From: Candidatus Iainarchaeum sp.
GTDB taxonomy: Archaea > Iainarchaeota > Iainarchaeia > Iainarchaeales > DTGL01
Assembly (NCBI GenBank): GCA_038736825.1
Contig: JAVYME010000011.1
Coordinates: 1-29,103 of the forward strand
DNA: 29,103 nucleotides
Reading direction: 5' to 3'
A model generated the notes under the pieces. The model made no database searches. It had not been told where the DNA came from and saw nothing but the letters and a program-made list of their open reading frames with translations. Of this stretch, positions 15,801 to 24,316 are shown piece by piece. The stretch's first letter is position 1. Each line of letters starts with the position of its first letter. The translations under genes were made by a program, and so were the position numbers.

Positions 15801-15804
15801 AATT

Positions 15805-16596
15805 TCACCTTATTATTGTGCCAGTTTTTTTGCCCAAAAGCGCTTTTTCTAGGTTTCCTTTTTTTTTTCCGCTGATTATGCTGCATTCCACTCCTTTTCC
15901 AGCCAATTCAACCAGTTCTTCCACTTTGTGCAGCATTCCGCCAGTGACATCTGTTCCATGCGAGCCTTTCAGCATTTTTTTTATTTTTTCAAAGTTTTTT
16001 CTTTCAATCAAGGGAATGAATTTTGCTTTTTTGTCTTTTAAGGGGTTTGAAGTGAAAACCCCTTTGGTGTTTGTTGCAACAATGAGTTTTTTTGCTTTCA
16101 ATTTTATTGCTAGTTCTCCCAGTATTTGCTCTGTGGAGACAATTGTAATGCCTTTTTTTGAATCCAATACTGCATCCCCATATGGCACTGGCAAAAAACC
16201 TTTTTCCAAGTATTGCTTGAATTGTTCAGTGAATGCCTTCCCGATTTTTCCATTTTCTGCCAAAAGCCAAGCGGATGGTTGCACGCTCACAGCGTTCTCT
16301 CCACTTTTTATTAGTTCTTTTACAACAAGACGGTTTAATCTTGCAGCAGCATCGCTTGTAAGCGCAAAGCCTTTCAATGAATTTTTTCCAGTTATTCCCT
16401 CTTTTACCTTGTACTTGTGTGCTGGATAGTGTGGAAAAGAGCCTCCTCCGTGTCCGACAATCAAGTCAATTTTTTTCTTTTTTCTTGCTGAATGGATTTC
16501 CCTGCAAAGCCTTGCAAGGGTTTTTTTGTCCAAGCATTCCCTTTTGGTTTTGTCGGTTATAAGGGAGCCGCCCAGTTTTACTAGCACTAAATTCAA
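15805..16596 (-). CDS. ipk: isopentenyl phosphate kinase (amino-acid kinase fold)
   Basis: 263 aa with LVKLGGSLITDK, VGHGGGSFPHYPAHKY and TDVTGGM motifs. The TTG start overlaps the upstream stop (TTGA). A GTG at 16587 is an alternative. Confidence 0.88.
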   Translation of the reverse strand: MNLVLVKLGGSLITDKTKRECLDKKTLARLCREIHSARKKKKIDLIVGHGGGSFPHYPAHKYKVKEGITGKNSLKGFALTSDAAARLNRLVVKELIKSGENAVSVQPSAWLLAENGKIGKAFTEQFKQYLEKGFLPVPYGDAVLDSKKGITIVSTEQILGELAIKLKAKKLIVATNTKGVFTSNPLKDKKAKFIPLIERKNFEKIKKMLKGSHGTDVTGGMLHKVEELVELAGKGVECSIISGKKKGNLEKALLGKKTGTIIR

Positions 16597-16979
16597 ATTT
16601 CCACTTCTCCCTTTGTTGCGTCAACCTTTACTTTCATGCAGTTTTGGATTTTTTCAATTTTTATTTTGTCCATGCAAGGAATTTCAGAAATTATTGCTCC
16701 CACTGCAACAATTGTTTCGCATTCTTTGTTGAGTATTGCGGCTGGCGCTTTTCCTGCTTTTTTCAACCTGTAAATTGCATAGCTTCCCACAGTGCTGCCT
16801 TTTCCGTTTGGAAAAACCAGGATTTTTCCAGCAATGCTTTGTCCTTCCAGGCAATGTCCTTTTTCCACTACAATTCCTTTTTCAAGGTCAATGCCACCAT
16901 AAAAGGAAAGCGGTTCCTTGCTTACCAGGGCTTCGCCTTCTGCTTTTCCTGCATAAATTGTTCTTCCCTTTAGTTTCAT
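16593..16979 (-). CDS. aconitase-X small (swivel, DUF126-type) subunit; phosphomevalonate dehydratase small subunit
   Basis: 128 aa. GKAEGEALVSKEPLSFYGGID...G..GQSIAGKILVFPNGKGSTVGSYAIYRL...GKAPAAIL...IVAVGAIISEIP matches the DUF126 pattern. A GGTGA Shine-Dalgarno lies upstream. Confidence 0.85.
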   Translation of the reverse strand: MKLKGRTIYAGKAEGEALVSKEPLSFYGGIDLEKGIVVEKGHCLEGQSIAGKILVFPNGKGSTVGSYAIYRLKKAGKAPAAILNKECETIVAVGAIISEIPCMDKIKIEKIQNCMKVKVDATKGEVEI

Positions 16980-16996
16980 TTTTTTTCACCTTTGCT

Positions 16997-18169
16997 TTAT
17001 TTTAGGGCTTCTTGCACGCATTCCTCCAGCGTGCGAATCCTTGTTTTGATTCCGTTGTGGCCGCCAGCATAATAGCATGCTTTTGCTGAATCTGTTACCA
17101 TTCCCTTAAATCGTCCCTTTATGGGTGCGACAGCCATGCAAGTGTCGCATGCAATTTTTGCGCCTGCTTCCTCTATTGCCTTTGTGTAACCCATTTTGTC
17201 AGCCAACTGCTTTGTCTGCCTTGCAGTGCAAATCCAGAACTCTTTTTTCACTTTTTTTCCGTTTAACAGTTCGGCTGTTTTTTGGATTTCGTTGATTGAA
17301 GCGTGAGGACAGCCTATTCCTATAAAGTCTATTTCCTCTGCAACATCAAATTTTGCCAGTGCTTCACTGAGTTCTTTTTCAGTAATTGTCATTTTTTTCT
17401 TTGGAATTATTGTTTTTGAAGGGGTTATTCCTTTCACGTGAAACATTGCGGTTCCCCCATATGTTGCTATTGCAGCGCAAAGGCTTTTCAGTTCTTCAAT
17501 TGAAGCACTGTTTATTCCTTCAATTAAGGGGATTTTGTTTCCGATTTTTTCCCCAATGATTCTGCCAAGCGCTCCAAATTTTGGCAGAGTGTCTATTTTT
17601 GCTTTTACGATTACGCGCACTTGGGCTTGCCTGTTTTTTTCCAAGTGCATTCCGTATTCTGGTGTTTTGCCGGTTAGAGCTGAAGCAATGGAGCTTGGGC
17701 CTCCTTCCCTGTTGGTTTTCGCGCCAATCACTGAGTTTGCAAAGCATACTGCGCTTGATTCGCTCCAAGCAATGTTTTCGCCAAACCTTGGCAGGTTGCC
17801 AATCAAATAGGGAGTGCAAGTGCACGTAACAGTTACCCCCATTTTTTTGAATGCTTCAATCACTTTCATTTGTTTTTCAGCAAAGCCTGTTTCTATTCCG
17901 AGTTTTTGCCATTCCTCTAAATCCATTCCCGCTGGATTGAGTGTTGTGAGCACTTTCACTTTTCCGTCGCGGCCCATTTCTTCCAAGAATTCGAGGCCTG
18001 CGTCGCCAAGGTTGTGATAGCTTACGCCTGCAATTTGAACGCTTTTCACGTCTATGAGCCTTTTTGCGCCATAAATTTTTCCCAGTGCTATAAGGATTTC
18101 CATGCTTTTCTTTACAGCGCTTCCCTGTTTTCCTGAAAGCATTTCTTTTTCTTGAAGAGTGAGTTTCAT
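16997..18169 (-). CDS. aconitase-X large (catalytic, DUF521-type) subunit; phosphomevalonate dehydratase large subunit
   Basis: MKLTLQEKEMLSGKQGSAVKKSMEILIALGKIYGAKRLIDVKSVQIAG... is the typical DUF521 N-terminus. I place the start at ATG 18169, preceded by GGAGGG, rather than at the ORF-track start 18211. Confidence 0.88.
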   Translation of the reverse strand: MKLTLQEKEMLSGKQGSAVKKSMEILIALGKIYGAKRLIDVKSVQIAGVSYHNLGDAGLEFLEEMGRDGKVKVLTTLNPAGMDLEEWQKLGIETGFAEKQMKVIEAFKKMGVTVTCTCTPYLIGNLPRFGENIAWSESSAVCFANSVIGAKTNREGGPSSIASALTGKTPEYGMHLEKNRQAQVRVIVKAKIDTLPKFGALGRIIGEKIGNKIPLIEGINSASIEELKSLCAAIATYGGTAMFHVKGITPSKTIIPKKKMTITEKELSEALAKFDVAEEIDFIGIGCPHASINEIQKTAELLNGKKVKKEFWICTARQTKQLADKMGYTKAIEEAGAKIACDTCMAVAPIKGRFKGMVTDSAKACYYAGGHNGIKTRIRTLEECVQEALK

Positions 18170-18170
18170 T

Positions 18171-18836
18171 TCAAGCCCTCCTTCTAGCAAATTTTTTTGT
18201 TGTGCCAGCAATCCTGTAGAGATCCCTGTGGATTTTGGAAGAATGGCCTTGCCTGATGATTTTTGGGTTTTTTCTTTTTCCTAGAAAGCTTGGTGCTTTT
18301 TCCATTGCTCCGTATGCATCAAACCTTATGTGTGGCGGCAGCCAGTTTTCTTTTTTTGCTTGTTCTAGGGCGCTTTTGGATAACAGGCAGCCTGTTTTTG
18401 GTTTGCCGCCCAACAACCTTAGTGCAGTGCAAATGTTGGCAATGTTTTCTCCGGTGTGCACAAATTCTTCCAGTACAAACACTTCTGGTTTTACTTTCAA
18501 GATGTCTGCGAGTTTTTTTCTGTTTTTTGCTATTTCTTCAGCCAGTTCTTCGGTTTTTTTTTCATTTTTTTCCTTGAATGCTTCTTCTTGCGAAAAATCT
18601 CTGGCTCTAGTGGGCATTCTTCCAAGCGAAAAAATGTTTGGCGGTTTTTCTGTTGGAAATTTTTGCCGCCATAAAAGCATGAAAAGTTTTATGGCTGGCC
18701 TGGCGCTTGTGCCTCCTGCCACGACTGTTGGAATTTTTTGTGCGTGGACAAATTCAATCATTGCTTCAACTGATTCCCTGAATTGTTTTGCTTCTTGCGG
18801 GTTGAAGAATTCAAGGCTGTTTTGTGCAATCTCCAA
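18171..18836 (-). CDS. uncharacterised protein with a degenerate phosphoribosyltransferase-like motif
   Basis: 221 aa. PTVVAGGTSARPAIKLF and PEVFVLEEFVHTGENIANICTALRLLG resemble the type I PRTase core and PRPP loop (hydrophobic4-acidic2-x-x-x-T-G), but they deviate from the consensus. A charged insert (EEAFKEKNEKKTEELAEEIAKNRKK) is present. The TTG start lies 4 nt after a GGGGTGA that contains the UbiD stop. Confidence 0.4.
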   Translation of the reverse strand: MEIAQNSLEFFNPQEAKQFRESVEAMIEFVHAQKIPTVVAGGTSARPAIKLFMLLWRQKFPTEKPPNIFSLGRMPTRARDFSQEEAFKEKNEKKTEELAEEIAKNRKKLADILKVKPEVFVLEEFVHTGENIANICTALRLLGGKPKTGCLLSKSALEQAKKENWLPPHIRFDAYGAMEKAPSFLGKRKNPKIIRQGHSSKIHRDLYRIAGTTKKFARRRA

Positions 18837-18840
18837 GGAT

Positions 18841-20142
18841 TCACCCCAAAAATTTTTTCAAGTCTGTTTTAGGGTATTTGACTTTTTCAAAGTCTTTTTT
18901 GTCCCTGTTTGCCGGAATTGTCAAGTCAAAGCCTGCCTTGCAAGTGTTTCTAGTGCTTTGGTCTGCGCTTGGATCCAGTGAAGAGCCTTTTTGTCCAGGG
19001 TATAAATGCAATTGTTTGTCTGCTTGAAACCTTGTGCTCATAGCCCATTCAATCTCGTTCGAGTTCAAAATATTGATGTCTGAGTCCACTACAAATGCAT
19101 GTTTTAGGGATGAGTGCCCTTTAAATGCTGCTTCTATTACTTTTTTTGGCTCGTCATCGCTTTTTTTGTCTATTTTGATTGCTGCATGCAGCCAAGAGCA
19201 GCCCCCATAGGTTACGTTCACATCCAATACTTTTGCTACCTTGCTTGTTTCCCTGAAAATTGTTGGTTCGCGCGGCATTCCCATTAAAACCCTGTGTTCT
19301 CCGCCTGCTGGCAGCAATGCGTGCCAGATTGCGTTTTTTTTGTGTGTTATTTTTTTGACAGTGAGCACTGGCTGTTCTCTTACAAAATCGTAAGTGCCGG
19401 TCAAGTCCAAAAAAGGGCCTTCTTTTTCCAGTTGGTTCATGCTCAGCGTTCCTTCCAATACAAATTCTGCTTCTGTTGGAACCGGCAAATCCGCTGTTTT
19501 TGCCCTCACTGTTTCGAATGGTTCAAGGGAATTAGCTATTTTTTGTTCTGATTCTCCAAGCGCTGGGCTTGTGGCTGCCGCCAGCAATATGTTTGCCGGC
19601 AATCCAATGCAGACAGCAACATCTATTTCGCCATTGTTTCTTTTCATGAATTCCATTGTGTGCCTTTCCAGAACCCTTACAGAAAACCTTGTTTTGTCCA
19701 ATTGCATGCAGCGATGGAATGCCATGTTCACTCCCAGTTCTTTGTCTCTGGCAATGAACACTCCTGAAGTGATGAAATTGCCTCCGTCTATTTCTGTGTA
19801 TTTGGTGATTGGCAGAGAGTCTAAATCCACTTTTTCCTCTATCACTTGCTGGCATGCTCCCTTGCTGGCTTCTTTTGGCTCGGATGGTTTTTCCAGTGCT
19901 TGAATCATTTTTGGAACAAGCTCTTCTGGTTTTATGCCAAAATATTCTGCCACTAGTTCTTTTGATGAAAAAGCGTTTCCCAAAACCTTGAACTTGGATT
20001 CCTTTATTTTTTCAAACAATACTGGTGTTCCATCCAATTCTTTCATTATTGCAGAGCACTCGTATTTTTTTGAAACCGGTTTTTTGATTCTTGCAAGTTT
20101 TCCTTTTTTTTCCATTTTTTCAATGAATGCTTCAAGGTTCAT
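18841..20142 (-). CDS. UbiD-family (prFMN-dependent) decarboxylase; by context, anhydromevalonate phosphate decarboxylase
   Basis: 433 aa with UbiD-like layout and length (LFEKIKES.., GGNFITSGVFIA.D.., MAFHR, GGCSWLHAAIKI). A GAGGTGG Shine-Dalgarno lies upstream. The ORF overlaps the ubiX stop by 11 nt. Confidence 0.8.
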   Translation of the reverse strand: MNLEAFIEKMEKKGKLARIKKPVSKKYECSAIMKELDGTPVLFEKIKESKFKVLGNAFSSKELVAEYFGIKPEELVPKMIQALEKPSEPKEASKGACQQVIEEKVDLDSLPITKYTEIDGGNFITSGVFIARDKELGVNMAFHRCMQLDKTRFSVRVLERHTMEFMKRNNGEIDVAVCIGLPANILLAAATSPALGESEQKIANSLEPFETVRAKTADLPVPTEAEFVLEGTLSMNQLEKEGPFLDLTGTYDFVREQPVLTVKKITHKKNAIWHALLPAGGEHRVLMGMPREPTIFRETSKVAKVLDVNVTYGGCSWLHAAIKIDKKSDDEPKKVIEAAFKGHSSLKHAFVVDSDINILNSNEIEWAMSTRFQADKQLHLYPGQKGSSLDPSADQSTRNTCKAGFDLTIPANRDKKDFEKVKYPKTDLKKFLG

Positions 20143-20692
20143 CTTTCCACCTCTTGTAAAGCGAGTTTTTTATTCCAAACAAGTCCATTATTTTTCCAGC
20201 CATAAACAATTCCAAGTCTTTTATTGTTTTTGGTTTTTGATAGAATGCCGGGCTTAATGGCATCACGATTCCGCCATAAAGTGCGATTTCTTGCAGGTTT
20301 TTCAGTGTTGGTGCACTCAAAGGGGTTTCTCTCACGCACACCACTATTTTTCTTTTTGTGCGAAGCATTATGTCCGCGCACCTGCTAATGAGGGTGCCTG
20401 TGTGTGCTGTTGCTATTTCTGAAACTGTTTTAACGCTTGCCGGCAAAACTATCATTCCTTCGCATAAAAAGCTTGAGCTTGCAATCCTTGCATTCATTTC
20501 GTTTTCACTATAACAGTAGTCTGCCATTTTTTCAAGTTCTTTTCTGCCAATACTGCATTCTTCTCTTGCCAGTTTTTCAGCCCAATCGCTTAAAACCAAG
20601 TGGGTTTCAATTTTTCTTTTTTTTAATTCTTTTAAAAGTGTTATTGCATAGTTTATGCCGCTTGCACCGCATACTGCCACTATTAGTTTCAT
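20132..20692 (-). CDS. ubiX: flavin prenyltransferase UbiX
   Basis: MKLIVAVCGASGINYAITLLKEL...HLVLSDWA...VLPASVKTVSEIA is the flavoprotein UbiX/Pad1 pattern. The ATG at 20692 lies 1 nt after the mevalonate kinase stop. The ORF-track start at 20701 is a TTG. Confidence 0.88.
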   Translation of the reverse strand: MKLIVAVCGASGINYAITLLKELKKRKIETHLVLSDWAEKLAREECSIGRKELEKMADYCYSENEMNARIASSSFLCEGMIVLPASVKTVSEIATAHTGTLISRCADIMLRTKRKIVVCVRETPLSAPTLKNLQEIALYGGIVMPLSPAFYQKPKTIKDLELFMAGKIMDLFGIKNSLYKRWKDEP

Positions 20693-20693
20693 T

Positions 20694-21620
20694 TCAACCA
20701 ATCCTTGTCCTGAATGCAGTTTTTCCAGTTTTTTCTATTGCTTTTGCCACTTTTTCCTGTAATTCTTTTCCGGGAGTCAGTGCAACCATTAAGCCGCCGC
20801 GCCCTGTGCCTGTGAGTTTTGCCCCTATTGCGCCGTTTTGCCTTGCAATTTCTATGAGTTCTTCCAGTTCCTTGCATGAAACCCCTATTTGTTTTAACAA
20901 TTCCTGGTTTTCGTTCATCAGTTTTCCTATTTTTTCAAGGTTGTTGTTTTGAAATGCCTTGATTGCGTTTTTTTCAATTTTGGCGTATTCTTTGAAGATT
21001 TTTTCAAATTCTTTTGGTTTTTCTTCTTTTGCCTTTTTCACTTCTCCTACAACCTTTGCAGTGTCGCTTGTTATTCCTGTGTTGCCAAGCACTATTTCAA
21101 CTGGTTTTATTTTGATTTTTTTTATTTGAATTCCTTTTTCTTCTTTTTTGAATCTTATCAGCCCGCCGTATACTGCGGCTGTGTTGTCTATTCCGCTTGG
21201 CGTTCCATGATAGCCTTTTTCGCCTTCAAATGCTGCTTCGTTTATTTGTTTGTCGTTCAAGCCCAAACTGAATTCTTCGTTTAATGCTCTTGCTATTGCT
21301 GCGCAGCTTGCAGCGCTTGCTCCAACGCCGCTTGCTGCAATTAGGTCTCCGCCGAGAGTGATTTCAACCGGTGTTTTTTCCGGGTTTATGCCGAGAAACC
21401 TGAAAATCAGTTTTATTGATTCTTCTTGCTGGCTTTCCTTTTGTTTTTTGTAGCCTGGTGTTTCAGGGCGATTGTCTATAATGCGGTACTGGCTGCCTTT
21501 TATGCGTTTTACTTGTGCTGTTGTGCTGCTGGTGATTGCTGAAGCGATTGCCGGCAAACCGTAAACGACAAAGTGTTCTCCGAACAAAATGGTTTTTCCA
21601 AACCCTTTTCCAAAACCCAT
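20694..21620 (-). CDS. mvk: mevalonate kinase (GHMP kinase)
   Basis: 308 aa with KTILFGEHFVVYG at the N-terminus, the GHMP motif GGDLIAASGVGASAASCAAIARAL and a C-terminal KLTGTGRGG. Confidence 0.9.
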   Translation of the reverse strand: MGFGKGFGKTILFGEHFVVYGLPAIASAITSSTTAQVKRIKGSQYRIIDNRPETPGYKKQKESQQEESIKLIFRFLGINPEKTPVEITLGGDLIAASGVGASAASCAAIARALNEEFSLGLNDKQINEAAFEGEKGYHGTPSGIDNTAAVYGGLIRFKKEEKGIQIKKIKIKPVEIVLGNTGITSDTAKVVGEVKKAKEEKPKEFEKIFKEYAKIEKNAIKAFQNNNLEKIGKLMNENQELLKQIGVSCKELEELIEIARQNGAIGAKLTGTGRGGLMVALTPGKELQEKVAKAIEKTGKTAFRTRIG

Positions 21621-21681
21621 GTTTTGCCCGCCAACTATTGAGGAATTAAGTTTTTTTAAGGCGTGCGGATTGCTGAAAGCC

Positions 21682-22083
21682 TCAATCCATTACTTTGAAC
21701 TTGTATGCATAGTTTATTGCACCGTATTTGTCAGCTTGCCCGATGCGCCTGAAGGCAAGTTGCACTTTTGCCCCGATTTTGATTTGTTTTTCCTCTGAGT
21801 CCACTATTTGTGCTAACACTTTTGCCTTGTTTTCCAGTTCTATTAGGGCAAGATAGTATGGGGTTTCATGGCTGAAACCGGTTGGCCCTACATGCACTCT
21901 AGTGTAAGAGTGGATTTTTCCAGTGCGAGGCATTTCTTGTTCGACTAGTTTTCCTTTTCTCCTGCAATTCGGGCAAACCACCCTGGTTGGAAAGAAAGCG
22001 GTTTTGCATGTTTCGCAATAAGTGCCTTTCAAGCGGTATCTTTCAGGAATTCTTCTCCAATTCATTGGTGCAGAAACAGTCAT
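21682..22083 (-). CDS. DUF35 OB-fold/zinc-ribbon protein (thiolase/HMG-CoA synthase scaffold)
   Basis: 133 aa with a CxxC...CxxC ribbon (CETCKTAFFPTRVVCPNCRRKG) followed by an OB-fold segment. A 4-nt ATGA overlap joins it to the thiolase stop. Confidence 0.85.
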   Translation of the reverse strand: MTVSAPMNWRRIPERYRLKGTYCETCKTAFFPTRVVCPNCRRKGKLVEQEMPRTGKIHSYTRVHVGPTGFSHETPYYLALIELENKAKVLAQIVDSEEKQIKIGAKVQLAFRRIGQADKYGAINYAYKFKVMD

Positions 22084-23252
22084 TTTTTTGCCTCCGCTTT
22101 TTTGAAAATGCTTACTATTGCTGTTGCGCCTGAACCGCCAACATTGTGGGTTAAGCCGATTTTTGCATTTTTTACCTGTCTTTTGTCAGCTCTTCCCATT
22201 AACTGGTTGAATGCTTCAACTGCTTGTGCCACGCCTGTTGCTCCCACGGGATGGCCTTTTCCTTTCAGTCCACCGCTCGGGTTTACTGGAATTTTTCCGT
22301 TTATTGCTGTAAGCCCTTTTTCTGTTGCAGTGCCGCCCTCGCCTTTTTTCACTAAGCCCAAGTCTTCTATTGCAAGGATTTCTGCAATTGTAAAGCAGTC
22401 GTGCACTTCTGCGAAATCAATGTTTTCTGGTTTTAGTCCTGTTTTGCTGTAGGCTTTTTGTGCAGCGATTCTTGTGGCTTTTAATTCTGTCAGGCTTTTT
22501 CTTGATGCCAGTGAAATTGTGTCGGATGCTTGTTCTGATGCCAGCATTTCAATGTATTTGAGTCCAAGTTCTTCTGCTTTTTCTTTAGAGCACAAGATTA
22601 CTGCGGCTGCTCCGTCTGTAACTGGGGAACAGTCTAGCACTTTTACTGGGGTTGCAACATAGCCTGAATTCATTACATCTTCTATTGTTATTTCTGACTG
22701 GAATTGGGCGTTGGGGTTGTTTGCTGCGTTTTTGTGGTTTTTCACTGCAACCATTGCCATTTGTTCTTCTGTTGTGCCAAATTCTTCCATGTGTCTTCTT
22801 GCAAGCAAAGCGTAAAGGCTTGGAAAGGTTGCTCCATGGAATAGTTCTGTTTCTTGGTCGCCTGCTCCGCCTAAAGCGAAAGAGGCTTCCTCTGTGCTTA
22901 CATCTGTCATTTTTTCAACTCCGCCTACTGCAACAATGCTGTGTTCTCCGCTTTTCACTGCCAGGTAACCGCTTCTCAGTGCAACTCCGCCTGAAGCGCA
23001 TGCTGCCTCACATCTCGTGCTTGGAATCGGGTTTAAGCCCAGCTGGTCTGCAATCAGTGCTCCAATGTGCTCTTGTCCTATGAATCTGCCTGAAGCCATG
23101 CAGCCTCCATAAATTGCCTCTATTTTTTCTCCAGCAAGCCCTGCGTCAACCAGTGCTTTTATTGCTGCGTCTGCAATCATTTGCCTGAAAGAGCTTTCCC
23201 AGTTTTCCCCGAATTTTGTCATTCCTGCTCCGACTACAACAACTTCTGTCAT
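22080..23252 (-). CDS. acetyl-CoA C-acetyltransferase (archaeal acetoacetyl-CoA thiolase)
   Basis: 390 aa with VVVVGAGMTKFG, the active-site region CEAACASGGVAL, and C-terminal GHPVGATG and NVGGSGAT. Confidence 0.9.
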   Translation of the reverse strand: MTEVVVVGAGMTKFGENWESSFRQMIADAAIKALVDAGLAGEKIEAIYGGCMASGRFIGQEHIGALIADQLGLNPIPSTRCEAACASGGVALRSGYLAVKSGEHSIVAVGGVEKMTDVSTEEASFALGGAGDQETELFHGATFPSLYALLARRHMEEFGTTEEQMAMVAVKNHKNAANNPNAQFQSEITIEDVMNSGYVATPVKVLDCSPVTDGAAAVILCSKEKAEELGLKYIEMLASEQASDTISLASRKSLTELKATRIAAQKAYSKTGLKPENIDFAEVHDCFTIAEILAIEDLGLVKKGEGGTATEKGLTAINGKIPVNPSGGLKGKGHPVGATGVAQAVEAFNQLMGRADKRQVKNAKIGLTHNVGGSGATAIVSIFKKAEAKK

Positions 23253-23260
23253 GATTACAC

Positions 23261-24316
23261 CTACAAGCTTTTGATTTTTCCCCTGTGTTTAAGGTATAAA
23301 GCGTAATCCACGTATTCTTTTTTTTCAATTTGTTTTAGCACTGGAATTTTTGCTCTGCGCTCTTCAATGTTTTTTGTGACTGTGATTGCGAAAGCGTCAG
23401 CTCCAGCGCCTGAACCATAACTGACTGCAAGGATTTTGTCTCCAGGTTTTGCTACATCAAGTATTGAGCACAATCCTATGGGGGTTGCTCCAGAATAAGT
23501 GTTTCCTATAAATGGCGTTATAAGCCCTTGCTTGACTTTTTCAAACGGAATGCCTAGCGCTTCAGCTGCTTTTACTGGAAATTTTCCGTTTGGTTGATGG
23601 AATACAGCCCAATCAAAATCTTTTCCCTCTAACCCGGTTTTTTTCAATAATAGTTTTGCTGCACCCAAAACGTGCTTGAAGTATGCTGGTTTGCCAGTGA
23701 AACGTCCAGTGTGCTCTGGAAATTCTGCTTTCGGCCTTCGCCAAAAATCCGGAGTGTCTGTTGTGAAAGAGCAAGTGCAATCTATTTCTGCAATTGTTTC
23801 TTTTGGGTTGGCGCCTATAAAGATTGCTGCTGCTCCACTGCCTGCAGTGAATTCTAGTGCGTCATTTGGTTTTCCTTGTGCTGTGTCTGCTCCTATTGCA
23901 AGCCCGACATCAATCATTTCTGCGAGCGCTTGTGCCATGCAAATCTGCATTCCAGCAGTGCCTGCCTTGCATGCAAATTCTAAGTCCACTGCAAAGTATT
24001 CATTGGTGGTTCCAAGGGCTTCTCCCACAATGCTGGAGGTAGGGTTTACTGCGTAAGGGTGTGATTCAGAGCCAACATATATTGCTCCAATTCTTTTTGG
24101 GTCAATGCCAAAGTCTGTGATTCCTTTTCTTGCAGCTTCAATTGCTAGAGTGCAAGAGTCCTCGTCTTGTGCTGCAACCGCTTTCTCTTTCACATTGAGG
24201 CTTTCGCCTATGTGCTCTCCGTCTTTGCCCCAAACCCTTGCTATTTCTTCCACTTTGATTCTGCGCAATGGAATTTGCACTCCATAACCTATTATGCCTG
24301 CTTTTTTTTCCTTCAT
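23261..24316 (-). CDS. hydroxymethylglutaryl-CoA synthase (archaeal type)
   Basis: MKEKKAGIIGYGVQIPLRRIKVEEIARVWGKDG... with the active-site context DLEFACKAGTAGM. The real start is ATG 24316, which overlaps the HMGR stop as ATGA. The 76 residues upstream in the ORF track are Arg/Lys-rich out-of-frame read-through of HMGR. Confidence 0.9.
   Translation of the reverse strand: MKEKKAGIIGYGVQIPLRRIKVEEIARVWGKDGEHIGESLNVKEKAVAAQDEDSCTLAIEAARKGITDFGIDPKRIGAIYVGSESHPYAVNPTSSIVGEALGTTNEYFAVDLEFACKAGTAGMQICMAQALAEMIDVGLAIGADTAQGKPNDALEFTAGSGAAAIFIGANPKETIAEIDCTCSFTTDTPDFWRRPKAEFPEHTGRFTGKPAYFKHVLGAAKLLLKKTGLEGKDFDWAVFHQPNGKFPVKAAEALGIPFEKVKQGLITPFIGNTYSGATPIGLCSILDVAKPGDKILAVSYGSGAGADAFAITVTKNIEERRAKIPVLKQIEKKEYVDYALYLKHRGKIKSL

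Noticed and set aside
15662-16429. 255-aa plus-strand ORF, with similar ones at 18235-18981, 19394-19903, 20437-20952 and 22652-23083
   Set aside because: These are shadow ORFs antisense to IPK, the PRT-like ORF, UbiD, UbiX/MVK and thiolase. They have F/S/L/C-rich composition and no start context.
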